NCBI RefSeq assembly: GCF_963676685.1
Contig: NC_092349.1
Location: forward strand, 27,280,001 to 27,344,000
Direction: 5' to 3'
DNA length: 64,000 bases
From: Mytilus edulis
Taxonomy: Eukaryota
The position numbers and the translations under genes are program-made. Positions within the stretch are counted from its first letter, which is position 1. Each line of letters opens with the position of its first letter. The notes under the pieces were generated by a model, which ran no database searches, was not told where the DNA came from, and saw only the letters and a program-made list of their open reading frames with translations. Below are positions 62,532-64,000 of the stretch, one piece after another.

Positions 62532-64000
62532 ATCTCCTGTTGTAAGTGGGTAGGCTTTTAAAACTAATCCTTTCGGAATAATTCCTTGATCAATGTTGGT
62601 TATATATATATATATATAGAAGGCTAGTCCGAACAGATTTAACAAAGAGAAAACAGATTGCTCTTTCATCAGAAATGAGACTGCTAGCTTTTTAAAACAG
62701 CTTTTACTTGTGTTCTATATCTTCACACTGACTATAGATTATGAAGGAACTTTTTCAAATATGGGGTAGAGATCTTCAATATCCATTTAAGGAATCATAA
62801 ATTTATTAAAATGATTTATTTACTAACATTATAAAATTAAGGAGATCAATGAGACCAGAATTCAAACGATGAAAATAAAACAGTTATTTGATACATCTTT
62901 GTTTACATACAATGATATATATACAATGTTGTCAGTCATACAGGTAAGGAGAAATTCCTACTTAAAACATGTGTTTAAAAATAGGTATTGCCTAATTTAG
63001 GTAAAAATGTCCAACAAGAAGATCCATTTACCTATATATGGAAAAAGCAAAACCGTGATTAAAAATAAATGGAAAGCAAAATGTTGCTATAAATTGGATA
63101 ATAATTCAGTAGATTGACATATTAAAGGAGAATCAAAGCTTTCGTGTAACTGAACATTAAGGTAAAACATTATTTAAGTACTATTATTTTTTTGAGCGTC
63201 ATATTAAATCAAATTGAAAGGTACTACATGTCTCACAAACAAGTGTGGACACAGTAATCAGTTGCGAATCCAGGGGGAGGGTTCTAGGGGTTGGAACACC
63301 CCTTTTTTTTTGGACGATCAATGCATTTGAATATAGTTGGACCCCTTTTTTAAAATGCCTGGATCCGCTCCTGCAGTTCAATGTGAAATGATTAGTATCT
63401 GTGGCCCAGTAATTCTTTTAATATTGTTAGTATGTTTTATGAAGTGTTTTCTTCAGCATGTTTATGAATGGTGGTGCCCCGCCTGAATTGTTCGACTGAC
63501 GAAAGTCTTTTTTATGTCATTCGTTTATAGTTCTTTTTTAAAGAGAAGATTTAACGGCCCATGTCATGCATGTGGCATAAAAGAATTTCAAACAAATATA
63601 TGGCATGCGTAATTTTTTTTTAAAGTGAACAACCATTTAAATTCAAGGGGGTATAAACAATATCCTGATACCCAATTTGACGGGGGATAATCCAGATTTC
63701 CGACCCATACCTTATAGTGTTAAATACTGAAAAAAATAATTTTGATTGGAAGCGTTGTAAAACTAAAAAAAGAAAAGTTTCCGTTATACGTGAAAAATTC
63801 AAGACGACTCCTCCCCCTCAGGTGAAGTTTATTGGTTGGTACCATGCAATATCATATTTTCTCTGTTTGTCAGCACGTACACACTGCAGTATAGAGCCGA
63901 ATATCTTTACAGTATCATATTTAAGTGCAAGATTTTGTTTTAAATGCAATAGATGATATTTTAAGAAGTATCTATAAAGGGGGAGGTGTTCCAAGCATTT
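62532..64000 (-). repeat. Inverted segmental duplicate of about 56770-57968
   Basis: Colinear reverse-complement similarity, e.g. 57781-57968 vs 62532-62730 and 56795-56822 vs 63950-63983. Confidence 0.9.

Overview
AT-rich, intron-containing animal DNA. The repeat families suggest a bivalve, probably Mytilus (inference). One 100-N gap lies at 33938-34037. Genes reconstructed by hand from splice sites and phases: the 5' end of INTS2 (-), head-to-head with a complete MED31 (+) with only 161 bp between the ATGs; a complete 5-exon single-CUB type I membrane protein (+, 239 aa); a multi-exon Cys-rich single-pass membrane gene (-) with an unresolved 5' end and possibly decayed tail; a C2H2 zinc-finger fragment; and an ADF/cofilin (-, 142 aa) with an 11.6-kb TE-filled intron. 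Much of the rest is mobile DNA: a near-intact PHD-APE-RT LINE with a 2A-like leader, Penelope-like fragments, minimal type I hammerhead ribozyme repeats, Helentron-type (HINE/pearl-like) elements with tandem cores, MITEs with 4/5/6/8-bp and TTAA TSDs, and satellites. The best novelty candidate is a 442-bp repeat unit at 29.7-31.4 kb. It carries an internal tRNA-type Pol III promoter, appears to fold into a long G-U-rich rod, occurs in more-than-unit-length and inverted copies at (TA)n, and has no canonical hammerhead, so it may be a circular-RNA-derived (retrozyme/viroid-like) element. An inverted segmental duplication runs off the right end of the window.
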